From an uncultured Gemmatimonadales bacterium (GTDB lineage Bacteria > Gemmatimonadota > Gemmatimonadetes > Gemmatimonadales > GWC2-71-9): DNA of 64,000 bases. Shown in pieces: positions 31,515 through 40,435 of this stretch (positions are counted from its first letter, which is position 1; each line of letters begins with the position of its first letter). The position numbers and the translations under genes are program-made. Location of the stretch: contig CAWCFX010000006.1 in NCBI GenBank assembly GCA_963795085.1, positions 328,888-392,887 on the forward strand, written 5' to 3'. The notes under the pieces are model-generated. The model worked only from the letters and a program-made list of their open reading frames with translations. It ran no database searches and was not told the origin of the DNA.

Positions 31515-32047
31515 GACGCCTGTACGTACACTCGCCCGTTGGCTTGCTGGGCGTCCCGGGTGGGCGCGAGGTACACCACCACCCGGCACCCCGGATGGCC
31601 TTCGGCAATCGTCTCCTGGAGCTCGACCTTGGCGTAGCCCAGGTTGTCCGCCGCGATGGCGCCAAACACGTTGGACGTCATCATGCACATCGAGGGGCGG
31701 CCGATCACCTTATCCCCGAAGGGGCAACGCCGGTTGCCGAGGACGATTTTCGTCTCGTCCTGCTCGATGACGTAGAAATCGCCCTCGATCCGCCGTTTGA
31801 GGTCCACCAGGACCTCCGCGACCTGTTCCTGGTCCAGGTGATCCACCCGGAGCGCCGTGCGGTAGGCGGCGTTGATCGAGTCGCCCATGGACTGCCCGAC
31901 CAGGGCGACAAACCCGGCCGCCTCATCCAGGCCGACCACGTCCTCCAGGGTCCCGGCGAGTTCGCGGATCAGGGTCCGCATGAAAACATCCCGGTCCAGC
32001 GGCACCGTGGCCCGCTCGACCGGGGAATGCACAGGCAGGGGAGGCAT
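31511..32047 (-). CDS. V4R-like small-molecule-binding domain protein ('methanogen output domain 1'-type)
   Basis: C-terminal pattern RRCPFG...[41 protein letters not shown] resembles V4R (Cys...Cys...G..G...E..C..G...C). Family assignment is from memory. Confidence 0.6.
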   Translation of the reverse strand: MPPLPVHSPVERATVPLDRDVFMRTLIRELAGTLEDVVGLDEAAGFVALVGQSMGDSINAAYRTALRVDHLDQEQVAEVLVDLKRRIEGDFYVIEQDETKIVLGNRRCPFGDKVIGRPSMCMMTSNVFGAIAADNLGYAKVELQETIAEGHPGCRVVVYLAPTRDAQQANGRVYVQAS

Positions 32048-32076
32048 GACAGGCTACTTCCGGGTGCCGGTTCGGG

Positions 32077-32853
32077 TCACGCCGCAGTGGCCTGGTAATA
32101 CGACCGGGCCCGGTCCAGGATGTCCTCCGCGACCTCCTCGAGGTTCGCCCGCAGCCAGATGACGGTCGCCTCGGCGGAGGGCAGCGAGGCCCAGGCGGGG
32201 CGGAAGGTGGACTTGATCAGGAGCCGGATGCCGTGGGCCCGGTTGCCCAGCACCTCGTCCATCGCCCGGTTCAGGGCCTCACCAAGGTTTTCATCCACCG
32301 GGTGCATGTGGGTATGGGTGCAGAGCACCGAATCGAGCGTCTCCTGGCTGAAGTCCCGGCTGAACACGTCGATCGGATAGCCGCAGTAGAGGCTGAACGG
32401 CGCTGCTTCGATCAGCCGGTTCCAGTATTCCTCCAGGCGGATCGCGGCGGGAATCCGGTTCTGTTCCCACAGGATGCCGACCATTTCGCCGTAGGCCCGG
32501 ACCCCGGTGTGGCCGTTTCGCTGGTGCAGGTCGCGGAGGGCCGACCCGACAACACTCTCGAACCGGAGCCAGTCGGGCTCGCCGTTGACCATGAGCCGGC
32601 CCAGGGTTTCGGCCGCGTCAAGGAACAGGGCCACCCCGTTCTTCCTGGCCTGGGCGAAGCCGGGGCTGGCAGCCAGTTCCCGCATGAGGGCCTGGTTGTG
32701 TTCCGGCGTCGCGATGACAAGGATGCCTTCGCCCGCCTCCAAACCCTGAGCCAGGTAGCGGCCGACGTTCCGGACCAGTAGATCGCTATCCCCCCCGTAC
32801 ATGTGGACCATGTGCCTGGGGGCAACGAAGTTGTCGATTTTGAGTGTGGTCAT
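32077..32853 (-). CDS. MEDS domain protein (DcmR-like sensory domain)
   Basis: N-terminus HMVHMYGGDSDLLVRNVGRYLAQGLEAGEGILVIATPEH fits the MEDS signature (H.v.fY...fl..GL..GE). 258 aa with a helical C-terminus. Confidence 0.68.
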   Translation of the reverse strand: MTTLKIDNFVAPRHMVHMYGGDSDLLVRNVGRYLAQGLEAGEGILVIATPEHNQALMRELAASPGFAQARKNGVALFLDAAETLGRLMVNGEPDWLRFESVVGSALRDLHQRNGHTGVRAYGEMVGILWEQNRIPAAIRLEEYWNRLIEAAPFSLYCGYPIDVFSRDFSQETLDSVLCTHTHMHPVDENLGEALNRAMDEVLGNRAHGIRLLIKSTFRPAWASLPSAEATVIWLRANLEEVAEDILDRARSYYQATAA

Positions 32854-33040
32854 GGCGGGACCTCCCTGAACCGGCGCCTTCTATGGACTGCATGCGAACC
32901 TGCCTTCAATCTATCGACTTCGCCGGGCAGGGCAAGAAAGCCGGACCCGCCCCGGCTCCGGGGCCGGAAGTGATTGCAGGTCTTGCAGTAACCGCTTCCC
33001 AATGTCGCACGGGCTGGTTACATTCCCCGCCCTTCCGAGA

Positions 33041-33114
33041 CGGGGCGTAGCGCAGCCTGGTAGCGCGCTTGCTTCGGGAGCAAGAGGTCCCGGGTTCAAA
33101 TCCCGGCGCCCCGA
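33041..33114 (+). tRNA. tRNA-Pro (anticodon CGG)
   Basis: Acceptor CGGGGCG/CGCCCCG, anticodon loop tTCGGga, T-loop GGTTCAAATCC. Confidence 0.95.
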
Positions 33115-36100
33115 TTCTTCACCCTCACCGCACCAGATTCTCGACGGTCCGCCAGTTGTTCTCCCACCGCCGCGACCAGTTGGCCGGCGGTAAACGGCTT
33201 GGCCAGGAACGGCGAGCCTTCTGGCACCAGTCCCCGCATCACGATCTCGTCACCCGCATACCCGGATGTGTAGATCACCGACATCCCGGGATGGCTTGCG
33301 CGGAGTTGCTCGCTCAGCTGGCGTCCGTTCATGCGCGGCATGACCACATCGGTCAGCACCAGGGCCGGCCGGAGGCCTTCCTCGACCAGCCGGAGCGCCT
33401 CAGCTCCATCGGTGGCCGCCACTGCATGGTACCCCTCCATTTCGAGTGCCCGCACCGCCAGCAACCGCACGGCCGGTTCGTCTTCTACGATGAGCACGGT
33501 AGTCTGAGGCCGGGGCGGATGGGCGGCCGGCTCCGGTGCGCCGCCGCTTCCCTGCTCCCCGGCCCCGCTGGCCTCGGGCCAGTAGATCGTCACCGCGGTC
33601 CCCTTCCCTGGTTCGCTCCGGATCTGGATCTCGCCGCCGTGCTGCTTGACGATGCCGTACACCATGGAGAGACCCAGGCCGGTGCCCTGGCCCACCGCCT
33701 TGGTGGTATAGAACGGCTCGAAGACGCGGGCCACCGTCTCGGAGGACATGCCGTGCCCGGTGTCGGTCACCCGGAGCATGACGTAGTTGCCCCGGGCCGC
33801 CGGCTCCCCACTCGCCGTCGGTTCGCCGCCGCTGAGGGCGACGTCGTCCACTTCGATCGTCACCTTGCCGCCGGTCTCCATGGCATCCCGCGCGTTGGCC
33901 ACCAGGTTGATCAGCACCTGCTCGACCTGGGCCGGATCCACCATGGCCCGGCCGATGGAGTGCCGAGGCGGAATTTCCAGCGACTTGTCGCTTCCCAGGA
34001 GATGAGCCAGCACCGGCCGGAGGTCGTTGGCCAGGCTGTGCAAGGCCACCACCCGGGGCTGCGACACCTGCCGGCGGGAGAACGCGAGCAGCTGCTGGGT
34101 GATCCGGGCCGCCCGTTCCCCCGCCTGGAGCACCAGCTGGAGGTCCGGGGCCTGGGGATGCTGCGAGCCCAGCGCCTGCAGCGCGAAGTTCGCGAACCCC
34201 AGCACGGCGGTCATCTGGTTGTTGACCTCGTGGGCCACGCCGCCCGCCAGGGTGCCCACGGTCTGCAGCCGCTGGGCATCCCGCAGCTGGCGCTCCCGCC
34301 GGCGCTCTTCGGTGACATCCCAGAGAATGGCGACCCCGGCGGTGATCTCCCCATCGGCGCTCCGGACCGGCGCGGTGTTGGCGACCATTTCCCGCCGCCG
34401 CCCATCGGGAAACTCGATCCGCAGCACGGCATTGGTCACCGTTTCGCCGCGGGTCAGCGCCCGGGTGAGGGGCCACTCCTCGACCGACAGCGGCTCCCCG
34501 TCCTGGGTCACCCTGAGCCGGCCGGAATCTCCCACTTTGCCGGCGGAAAGAAACTCGTCCCCCAGCACCTCGCCGGCCTTGGCGTTGGCGAAGAGCATCC
34601 GGCCGGAGGACGCCTCGGCAATGAGGATGGCCAGCGGGGATTGCTCCAGCACGGTGAGCAGACGGCTCCGCTCCAGGTCCCGGGCACTGGCCAGGTCCAT
34701 GGCGGCCCGGCGGGCGATGACCAGTTCGGTCACGTCCACCCCGGAGACCAGGATCCCGGTGATGGCGCCCGTGGTGTCATGCATCGGGTGGTACACGAAA
34801 TTGCAAAACCGCTCCTCGGGTGCCGCCCCCGGTGTGGCTTGCACCATCACCGGCAACTCATTCCCGACAAATGGCTCGCCGGTCTGGTACACCCGGTCCA
34901 ACAGTTCGAAGAACCCCTGGCCCGCGATCTCGGGAAGCGCCTCCCGGACCGGCAAACCCACCAGGTCGCGATTGGCGGTCACCCTGCCGTACGCCGGATT
35001 CACCAGGTCGAAGACGTGCTCGGGCCCCCGCAGCACGGCGAGGAACGAGGGGGACAACGCAAAGACCCGTTCCAGCTGGTCCCGCTCCGCCCGCTCGGCC
35101 TCCCGCCGGCTGCGGGCCAGCGCCAGGTGGGAGCCTACCCGGGCCAGCAATTCCCGGCCGGTAAACGGCTTGATGAGATAGTCATCGGCCCCTTCGTCCA
35201 GCGCCGCCGAACTGGCCTCCTCTCCCGCGCGGGCGGAGAGCAGGATGACGGGGAGGGCGTGGGTTCGGGGGGCGCCCCGGAGAGCGCGGAGCAACCCGAA
35301 CCCATCGAGGCGGGGCATCATGACGTCGGTCAGGACCAGGTCCGGCGGATCGGCAAGCGCCGACTGCAGGGCGGCTTCGCCATCGGCCACCGTCGTGACC
35401 CGCCAACGGGTGCCCAGCAGCCGGGCCACGTATTCCCGCATGTCGGTGTTGTCATCGGCCAGCAGGATGCGTGGCCTGTCCCCGTCCTGGCCGGCGATGG
35501 CGCGGTCGGCGGGCGGCTCCACGCTGCTGATTCCCTCCGGGAGCCACCGGCTGGCCTCTTCGAGGAACGAGGCCGCTCCGTTGCCGGATGGGGCCGAGGC
35601 CTCGCCCGCGGCGATCCGCTCCGGGGGCAGATGTGCGCGGCCGCGGGGGAGCCGGATGGTGAAGGTGGTTCCGGATCCCAGCTGGCTGGCGACGCTGATC
35701 TCGCCACCCTGGAGTCGCACCAGTTCCTGCACCAGGGCCAGGCCGATGCCGGTGCCCTCCTGGGTTCGGCCCTGCGCCCCCTTGACCCGGTGAAATCGTT
35801 CGAACACGTGGGGAAGGTCCGCGGGGGGAATGCCGGTGCCGGTATCCGCCACCGTAACGACCACGTTGTTGCCTTCGGTCCGCAGCGAGACCGTGATGGA
35901 CCCCGCCAGCGTGAACTTGAAGGCATTGGAGATCAGGTTCAGGATCACCTTCTCCCACATGTCGCGGTCCACGAACACCGGCTCGGGGAGGGGATCGGCC
36001 GCCACCACCAGCGAGAGCCCGGCCCGTTCAATGGCCGAGCGGAACGTGCTGGCCAGGTCGGCGGTGACGGCCGCGAGGTCGGTCGGCTGGTAGGTGCCCT

Positions 36101-36728
36101 CGATCCGGCCGGCCTCGATGCGGGAGAAATCGAGCAGGGTGTTGACCAGGCGGAGCAGCCGGAGCCCGTTGCGGTGGGCCATCTCGAGCCGCTCCCGGTG
36201 CGCGGCGCCCAGGGGCACCGCCGTATCGGCCAGGGCATCCTCGACGGGTGCGAGCAGCAGGGTGAGCGGGGTCCGGAACTCGTGGGAAACATTGGAAAAG
36301 AAGATGGTCTTGGCCTGGTCCAGTTCGGCCAGGGCCTGGGCGCGGCGCCGTTCCGCTTCATAGGCTTCGGCATTCGCCACCGCCGTAGCGATATGGCCGG
36401 CGGCCAGCTGCAGGAAGCCGCGATAGTTATCGTCCAGCGCGCGCCGGGAGCTGATGCCCGACACCAGGAACCCGGCCGGCTTCTCCTGCCCGGAGCCGCT
36501 GATGGGCAGCACCATCGCCTGGTGGGGAGGATCAGGCCACGGACCCCCCGGCAGGCCGGGCTGGACGGAAGGCGGCAATTCCACGACCCGGCTGGCCAGG
36601 TCGGCCGCCACCGCGGCCAGCGGCCAGGGGTTGTCCGGGTTCTGCAGGCCGATGGACGCCCAGGCCGCCGGCGGCTCGGCTGGAGAACCCCACCGATTCG
36701 ACCAGCTGCACCTGCTCGCCCGAGTCAT
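33096..36728 (-). CDS. giant hybrid sensor kinase, C-terminal portion (GAF end-HisKA-HATPase-REC-PAS-PAS-HisKA-HATPase-REC); continues the ORF at 36532..37329 after a frameshift
   Basis: Two complete kinase cores (FFSNVSHEFRTPLT / DTGTGI...GTGIGLALV and GGVAHEVNNQMTAV / DTGHGM...GTGLGLSMV) and two receivers (ILLADDNTDMRE...; VLIVEDEPAVRL...). The last 19 nt overlap tRNA-Pro on the other strand. Confidence 0.82.
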   Translation of the reverse strand: MTRASRCSWSNRWGSPAEPPAAWASIGLQNPDNPWPLAAVAADLASRVVELPPSVQPGLPGGPWPDPPHQAMVLPISGSGQEKPAGFLVSGISSRRALDDNYRGFLQLAAGHIATAVANAEAYEAERRRAQALAELDQAKTIFFSNVSHEFRTPLTLLLAPVEDALADTAVPLGAAHRERLEMAHRNGLRLLRLVNTLLDFSRIEAGRIEGTYQPTDLAAVTADLASTFRSAIERAGLSLVVAADPLPEPVFVDRDMWEKVILNLISNAFKFTLAGSITVSLRTEGNNVVVTVADTGTGIPPADLPHVFERFHRVKGAQGRTQEGTGIGLALVQELVRLQGGEISVASQLGSGTTFTIRLPRGRAHLPPERIAAGEASAPSGNGAASFLEEASRWLPEGISSVEPPADRAIAGQDGDRPRILLADDNTDMREYVARLLGTRWRVTTVADGEAALQSALADPPDLVLTDVMMPRLDGFGLLRALRGAPRTHALPVILLSARAGEEASSAALDEGADDYLIKPFTGRELLARVGSHLALARSRREAERAERDQLERVFALSPSFLAVLRGPEHVFDLVNPAYGRVTANRDLVGLPVREALPEIAGQGFFELLDRVYQTGEPFVGNELPVMVQATPGAAPEERFCNFVYHPMHDTTGAITGILVSGVDVTELVIARRAAMDLASARDLERSRLLTVLEQSPLAILIAEASSGRMLFANAKAGEVLGDEFLSAGKVGDSGRLRVTQDGEPLSVEEWPLTRALTRGETVTNAVLRIEFPDGRRREMVANTAPVRSADGEITAGVAILWDVTEERRRERQLRDAQRLQTVGTLAGGVAHEVNNQMTAVLGFANFALQALGSQHPQAPDLQLVLQAGERAARITQQLLAFSRRQVSQPRVVALHSLANDLRPVLAHLLGSDKSLEIPPRHSIGRAMVDPAQVEQVLINLVANARDAMETGGKVTIEVDDVALSGGEPTASGEPAARGNYVMLRVTDTGHGMSSETVARVFEPFYTTKAVGQGTGLGLSMVYGIVKQHGGEIQIRSEPGKGTAVTIYWPEASGAGEQGSGGAPEPAAHPPRPQTTVLIVEDEPAVRLLAVRALEMEGYHAVAATDGAEALRLVEEGLRPALVLTDVVMPRMNGRQLSEQLRASHPGMSVIYTSGYAGDEIVMRGLVPEGSPFLAKPFTAGQLVAAVGEQLADRRESGAVRVKNRGAGI

Positions 36729-37329
36729 CGAACAGATAGAGGAGCGCGAACGGTATATCGGACGGATTCCGGCCCAGGGCCGCCGCCGCCAGCTCGCAGG
36801 CCTCCGGTACGGTCCGGGCCAGGCTGGTGTTGGCGCCCAGTTCCCTGAGGGTCAGCAGCCGCCGCTCGGCCAGCACCCGCTCGGTCGTCTCGGTGCAGGT
36901 CACCAGCACACCGCCGACCACGCCTCCTTCGGCCGGAATGGCGCTGTAGGAGAAGATGAAATAACACTCTTCGACGTAGCCGTTGCGGTCCAGCGGCAGG
37001 TGCTGGTCTTCCCGGGTGGTAGCCTCGCCAAGGCTCATCACCCGGTCGAACATGGGCCCGATGAAGTCCCAGATCTCCGCGAAGGTGGCCCGGGTACTGA
37101 TACCCAGCGCGGCCGGGTGCTTGGTGGTACCCAGGATGGGGCGATAGCCGTCATTGTAGATCTGGATGTACTCGGGTCCCCAGGCGATGTACATGGGGAA
37201 GCCGGTCGCGAGCAGTACGCCGACGGCGGTGCGGAGGCTCTGGGGCCAGGATTCAACCGGGCCCAGGGGGGTGGCAGCCCAGTCGTGGGCTCGGATCAGC
37301 GCCCCCATGGCGCCGCCGCCGGCCAGCAT
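36532..37329 (-). CDS. N-terminal portion of the same hybrid kinase (PAS-like sensor plus start of GAF)
   Basis: LIRAHDWAATPLGPVESWPQSLRTAV...FPMYIAWGPEYIQIYNDGYRPILG is a typical sensor N-terminus of this kinase class. It reads through to ...IPFALLYLFDDSGEQVQLVESVGF and then becomes nonsense. Start chosen at ATG 37329. Confidence 0.72.
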   Translation of the reverse strand: MLAGGGAMGALIRAHDWAATPLGPVESWPQSLRTAVGVLLATGFPMYIAWGPEYIQIYNDGYRPILGTTKHPAALGISTRATFAEIWDFIGPMFDRVMSLGEATTREDQHLPLDRNGYVEECYFIFSYSAIPAEGGVVGGVLVTCTETTERVLAERRLLTLRELGANTSLARTVPEACELAAAALGRNPSDIPFALLYLFDDSGEQVQLVESVGFSSRAAGGLGVHRPAEPGQPLAAGRGGGRPGQPGRGIAAFRPARPAGGSVA

Positions 37330-37516
37330 CGGGGTGGCGGGTTGCGGAGGCCGGGGACGGTCAGGGGGCATGCGAGTCCAGGGAAGCCGGGGAATCGGTG
37401 ACGACCTGCGCCACCCCAACCTAACGCCAGCCGCCGCGGGCACTCAAGTGATCGGGTGATGGCGCATCCGGGCTTGATTCCGGGGGCGCTCGGGGCGACA
37501 TTCCCACCCCGAATTG

Positions 37517-37590
37517 GGGTCCGTAGCTCAGCTGGATAGAGCGCTTGCCTCCGGAGCAAGAGGTCGCGCGTTCGAATCGCGCCGGGCCCA
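37517..37590 (+). tRNA. tRNA-Arg (anticodon CCG)
   Basis: Acceptor GGGTCCG/CGGGCCC, anticodon loop cTCCGga, T-loop CGTTCGAATCG. Confidence 0.95.
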
Positions 37591-37593
37591 TGT

Positions 37594-37748
37594 GCGGCAA
37601 GGGGGCAAGAGGGTCAGTGGGTCAGTGGGTCAGTGGGTCAGTGGGTCAGTGGGTCAAGTGGGTCAGTGGGTCAGTGGGTCAGTGGGTCAGTGGGTCAGTG
37701 GGTCAGTGGGTCAGTGGGTCAGTGGGTCAGTGGGTCAGTGGGTCAGTG
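37594..37748 (+). repeat. (GGGGCAAG)x2 followed by a (GTGGGTCA) octamer array of about 16-17 units
   Basis: Read directly; one unit is a 9-mer (ggtcaagtg). Starts 4 nt after tRNA-Arg(CCG). The + strand has no stops in any frame, which creates the artefactual ORFs 37514..37879, 37545..37757 and 37633..37974. Confidence 0.95.
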
Positions 37749-37835
37749 CGAAGGTAGTGCCCCGGGGAGCTCCGCTCGTCGGGGCATCTTGCCTTCTGCC
37801 CGCTCCGATTCCGCTGTCGGGGAACGAAACCGCGC

Positions 37836-38045
37836 TCACGGCCCCTCGAGAACCAGAAGAAGCACCAGCAGCGCGCTAAAGGCACCGACGACAAGCAGCA
37901 GCACCTTCCCCGCGTGCAGGCCTGAGGACAGGTTGACGCCGTCTTTCGGCGCCGACCCGTTCCCGCCCACCTGATTCACGGCGGAAGTGGCTGCCCGAGT
38001 CGTCACTGCCGGCCGCGCGGCCGGCACGCAGGAGGCCACAAGCAT
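37836..38045 (-). CDS. hypothetical small membrane/lipoprotein-like protein (start uncertain)
   Basis: C-terminal TM helix (VLLLVVGAFSALLVLLLVL). Upstream in frame, RKRVLRLLLLAMLVASC looks like a lipoprotein signal, but the only nearby canonical start is the ATG at 38045, inside it. Confidence 0.3.
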   Translation of the reverse strand: MLVASCVPAARPAVTTRAATSAVNQVGGNGSAPKDGVNLSSGLHAGKVLLLVVGAFSALLVLLLVLEGP

Positions 38046-38062
38046 AGCCAGGAGAAGAAGTC

Positions 38063-38413
38063 TCAGAACGCGCTTCCGATCAGCGCCCCCAGCCCGCCGC
38101 CCACCGCGCCTCCGATCAGCACCAGCCGTAACGGCGAATCGCTGCACTGGTTGTCCACCGCCTCGCAGAAGACATCGTACAGGAGCCATCCCGCCACGGC
38201 CCCGATGGCGGTCCCGATGACGAGTCCGGTTATGGTGGGCCTGCTGATATCGCCTCGTCCGGCGGCAACATCCTCACCGGGGACGGAGCCGCCGCGCGGA
38301 GCCTCCCAGTGGGACACCGCCGCCATGCGGGGAAACCCGGCCATCGCCGCCTGACCCAGGAGCGGCTGCGAAACACAAAGGAGGGAGAGCAGCGCGACGG
38401 GAATTGTCCTCAT
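38063..38413 (-). CDS. small secreted/membrane protein with glycine-zipper C-terminus
   Basis: Start ATG 38413 (MRTIPVALLSLLCVSQPLLGQA, a signal peptide). C-terminus GLVIGTAIGAVAGW...LIGGAVGGGLGALIGSAF. Confidence 0.55.
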   Translation of the reverse strand: MRTIPVALLSLLCVSQPLLGQAAMAGFPRMAAVSHWEAPRGGSVPGEDVAAGRGDISRPTITGLVIGTAIGAVAGWLLYDVFCEAVDNQCSDSPLRLVLIGGAVGGGLGALIGSAF

Positions 38414-38555
38414 GGAGTCCTCGCTCGGGGGAAAGGCCTGGACTGAATCGTACGGCGGCCGGGATCGTGCGGCCACTCCGGCCGCCCGGAGCGTGATCTA
38501 CTGTCTGCTCGTGACCCCGCCGTGACCGCAGGCGGCCGGTGTAGATTGAAACGCG

Positions 38556-40421
38556 ATGCCCGCCCCCGACCCCCCGACTCCGCCGCCTCGCGCCCGCTTC
38601 TGGAAGCAGCTGGGCGGCATGCGCCGCGGCGCCCGCCGCATGGTCCGGGTCCCCACCACCGCCGCCATCGGTACCTGGCACGGCCTGGTGGACCGGTTCA
38701 ACGGCTTCGGCTTCAGCGAAAATTCGATTCTCCTGGGGTTCGGGGTCGCGGTGGGCGTGGGCGGCGCGCTCGGGGTCGTCGCCTTCTACAAGCTCATCGA
38801 CCTGGCCTTCGCGGTCTTCTACCGCTGGCCGGAAAGCCGCCTCTTCTCCCGCACCGACCTGCTCGCCTACCGGCCGCTCCTGACCGGCGCCGGCCTCTTC
38901 ACCGCCTGGCTGTTGATGAAACGCCTGGGTCGAGGCCACGACGGGATGACCGTCCCCGACGTGCAGCTCGCCGTGGCCCGGCGGAACGGCGACCTCCCGG
39001 CCCAGCCCGCCCTGGCGCGCACCGCCGCCAGCGCGATCACTATCGGCAGCGGTGGCTCCGCCGGCAGCGAAGGGCCGGTTGCCGTGCTGGGCGCCGCCAT
39101 CGGCTCCTGGCTGGGCCGGGCCTTTCACTTCGAAGGCGGCCGCACCAAGGTCCTGGTCGGCGCCGGCACCGCCGCCGGGATCTCGGCCGCCTTCAATGCA
39201 CCCCTCGCCGGCGCCTTCTTCGCGCTGGAAGAGATCATGGGCAACTTCTCCGCCCGCGCCTTCCCCGCAGTCGTGGTGAGCAGCGTCGTGGCGGCGGTGG
39301 TCTCCCGCGCCTTCTTCGGCAACCATCCCGCGTTTCCGATTCCCGACGAGTACGGCTACACCCTGGTCCGCGAAGTGGCCGTCTTCTATCCCCTCCTCGG
39401 CGTCGTCGCCGGCGTGGTCTCGGCCCTGTTCGTCCGGGTCTACTTCCGGTCCGGCGAGTGGATCGAGCGGCTGCGCCTGCCCCCTGCCCTGGTGCCCTGG
39501 CTGGGCGGCATCCTGGTCGGGGTCCTGGTGTACGTCTCCGGCGGGATCCTGGTGGGATACGGCCACCTCGCGGTCCACCTGGAGGTATTCGGGCGGATGG
39601 CCTGGTGGGCATTGGGGCTGCTGGCGCTCGGCAAGATCGCGGCGACCGCGCTGACCCTCAACAGCGGCGGCTCGGGCGGGGTGTTCACCCCCTCCATGTA
39701 CATCGGGGCGGCCACCGGCGGCGCGTTCGGGGTGGCGCTCACCCAGCTGTTCCCGTCCCTCAATCTCCGACCCGAAGCCTATGCCCTGGTCGGCATGGGG
39801 GCCCTGATTGCGGGGGCCACCAACGCCCCGATCACCGGCATCCTGATCGTCTTCGAGATGACCAATGACTACGCCATCGTCCTTCCCCTGATGCTGACGA
39901 CGGTGATCGCCCACTTCGTGGCCCGCCGGCTCGAGCCGGATTCGCTCTACAGCGGCTGGTTGCGCCGCCGGGGCGAGCACCTGCAGCATGGCACCGACCA
40001 GGACGTGCTGCGGGCGCTGCGGGTGAAGGACGCCTTTCAGCGCGATCCGGTCGTCTTCCGGGCCGGTGACACGGTCGCCACCATGCTGGGCCAGCTGGGC
40101 TCCGCCGACCAGGCGACCTTTCCAGTGGTGGATGCCGAGGGAACCCTGCTGGGAATGGTGACGACGCCGGACCTGGGAAGAATCGCGCGGGACCAGCATG
40201 AGCTGACCGGTGTATTGCTCGCGGTGGATGTGGCCACGCCGACCGAGACGGTGACGCCGGAAGACGACCTGCTGGAGACCATCCGGCGGCTGGGTGTCCG
40301 CGGCGCCACGGCGCTGCCCGTCGTGGATGCCGGCACGGGACGGTTCGTGGGGGTGGTCACCCGGTCCCACATCCTTCGCATCTACGAGCGGGCGCTGACC
40401 GGGGCGAGTGCGATTCGTTAG
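38556..40421 (+). CDS. ClC family chloride channel/transporter with C-terminal CBS pair
   Basis: GSGGSAGSEGP and GKIAATALTLNSGGSGGVFTPS selectivity-filter regions, about 10 TM segments, then two CBS motifs. Confidence 0.9.
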   Translation: MPAPDPPTPPPRARFWKQLGGMRRGARRMVRVPTTAAIGTWHGLVDRFNGFGFSENSILLGFGVAVGVGGALGVVAFYKLIDLAFAVFYRWPESRLFSRTDLLAYRPLLTGAGLFTAWLLMKRLGRGHDGMTVPDVQLAVARRNGDLPAQPALARTAASAITIGSGGSAGSEGPVAVLGAAIGSWLGRAFHFEGGRTKVLVGAGTAAGISAAFNAPLAGAFFALEEIMGNFSARAFPAVVVSSVVAAVVSRAFFGNHPAFPIPDEYGYTLVREVAVFYPLLGVVAGVVSALFVRVYFRSGEWIERLRLPPALVPWLGGILVGVLVYVSGGILVGYGHLAVHLEVFGRMAWWALGLLALGKIAATALTLNSGGSGGVFTPSMYIGAATGGAFGVALTQLFPSLNLRPEAYALVGMGALIAGATNAPITGILIVFEMTNDYAIVLPLMLTTVIAHFVARRLEPDSLYSGWLRRRGEHLQHGTDQDVLRALRVKDAFQRDPVVFRAGDTVATMLGQLGSADQATFPVVDAEGTLLGMVTTPDLGRIARDQHELTGVLLAVDVATPTETVTPEDDLLETIRRLGVRGATALPVVDAGTGRFVGVVTRSHILRIYERALTGASAIR

Positions 40422-40435
40422 CCGAGAGGATCCGT

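Noticed and set aside
37594-37748. Possibility that the repeat arrays are CRISPR arrays.
   Set aside because: The units are 7-14 nt and directly tandem, with no unique spacers. No cas genes are present in the window.
37514-37974. ORFs translating as GSVGQWVSGSVGQWVS... (37514..37879, 37545..37757, 37633..37974). Similar cases are 56680..57078, 56726..57790, 56766..57068, 59473..59781 and 59538..59906.
   Set aside because: They are read-through of tandem arrays that happen to lack stops on one strand. They also overlap a tRNA gene or run antisense to confident genes, so they are not protein-coding.
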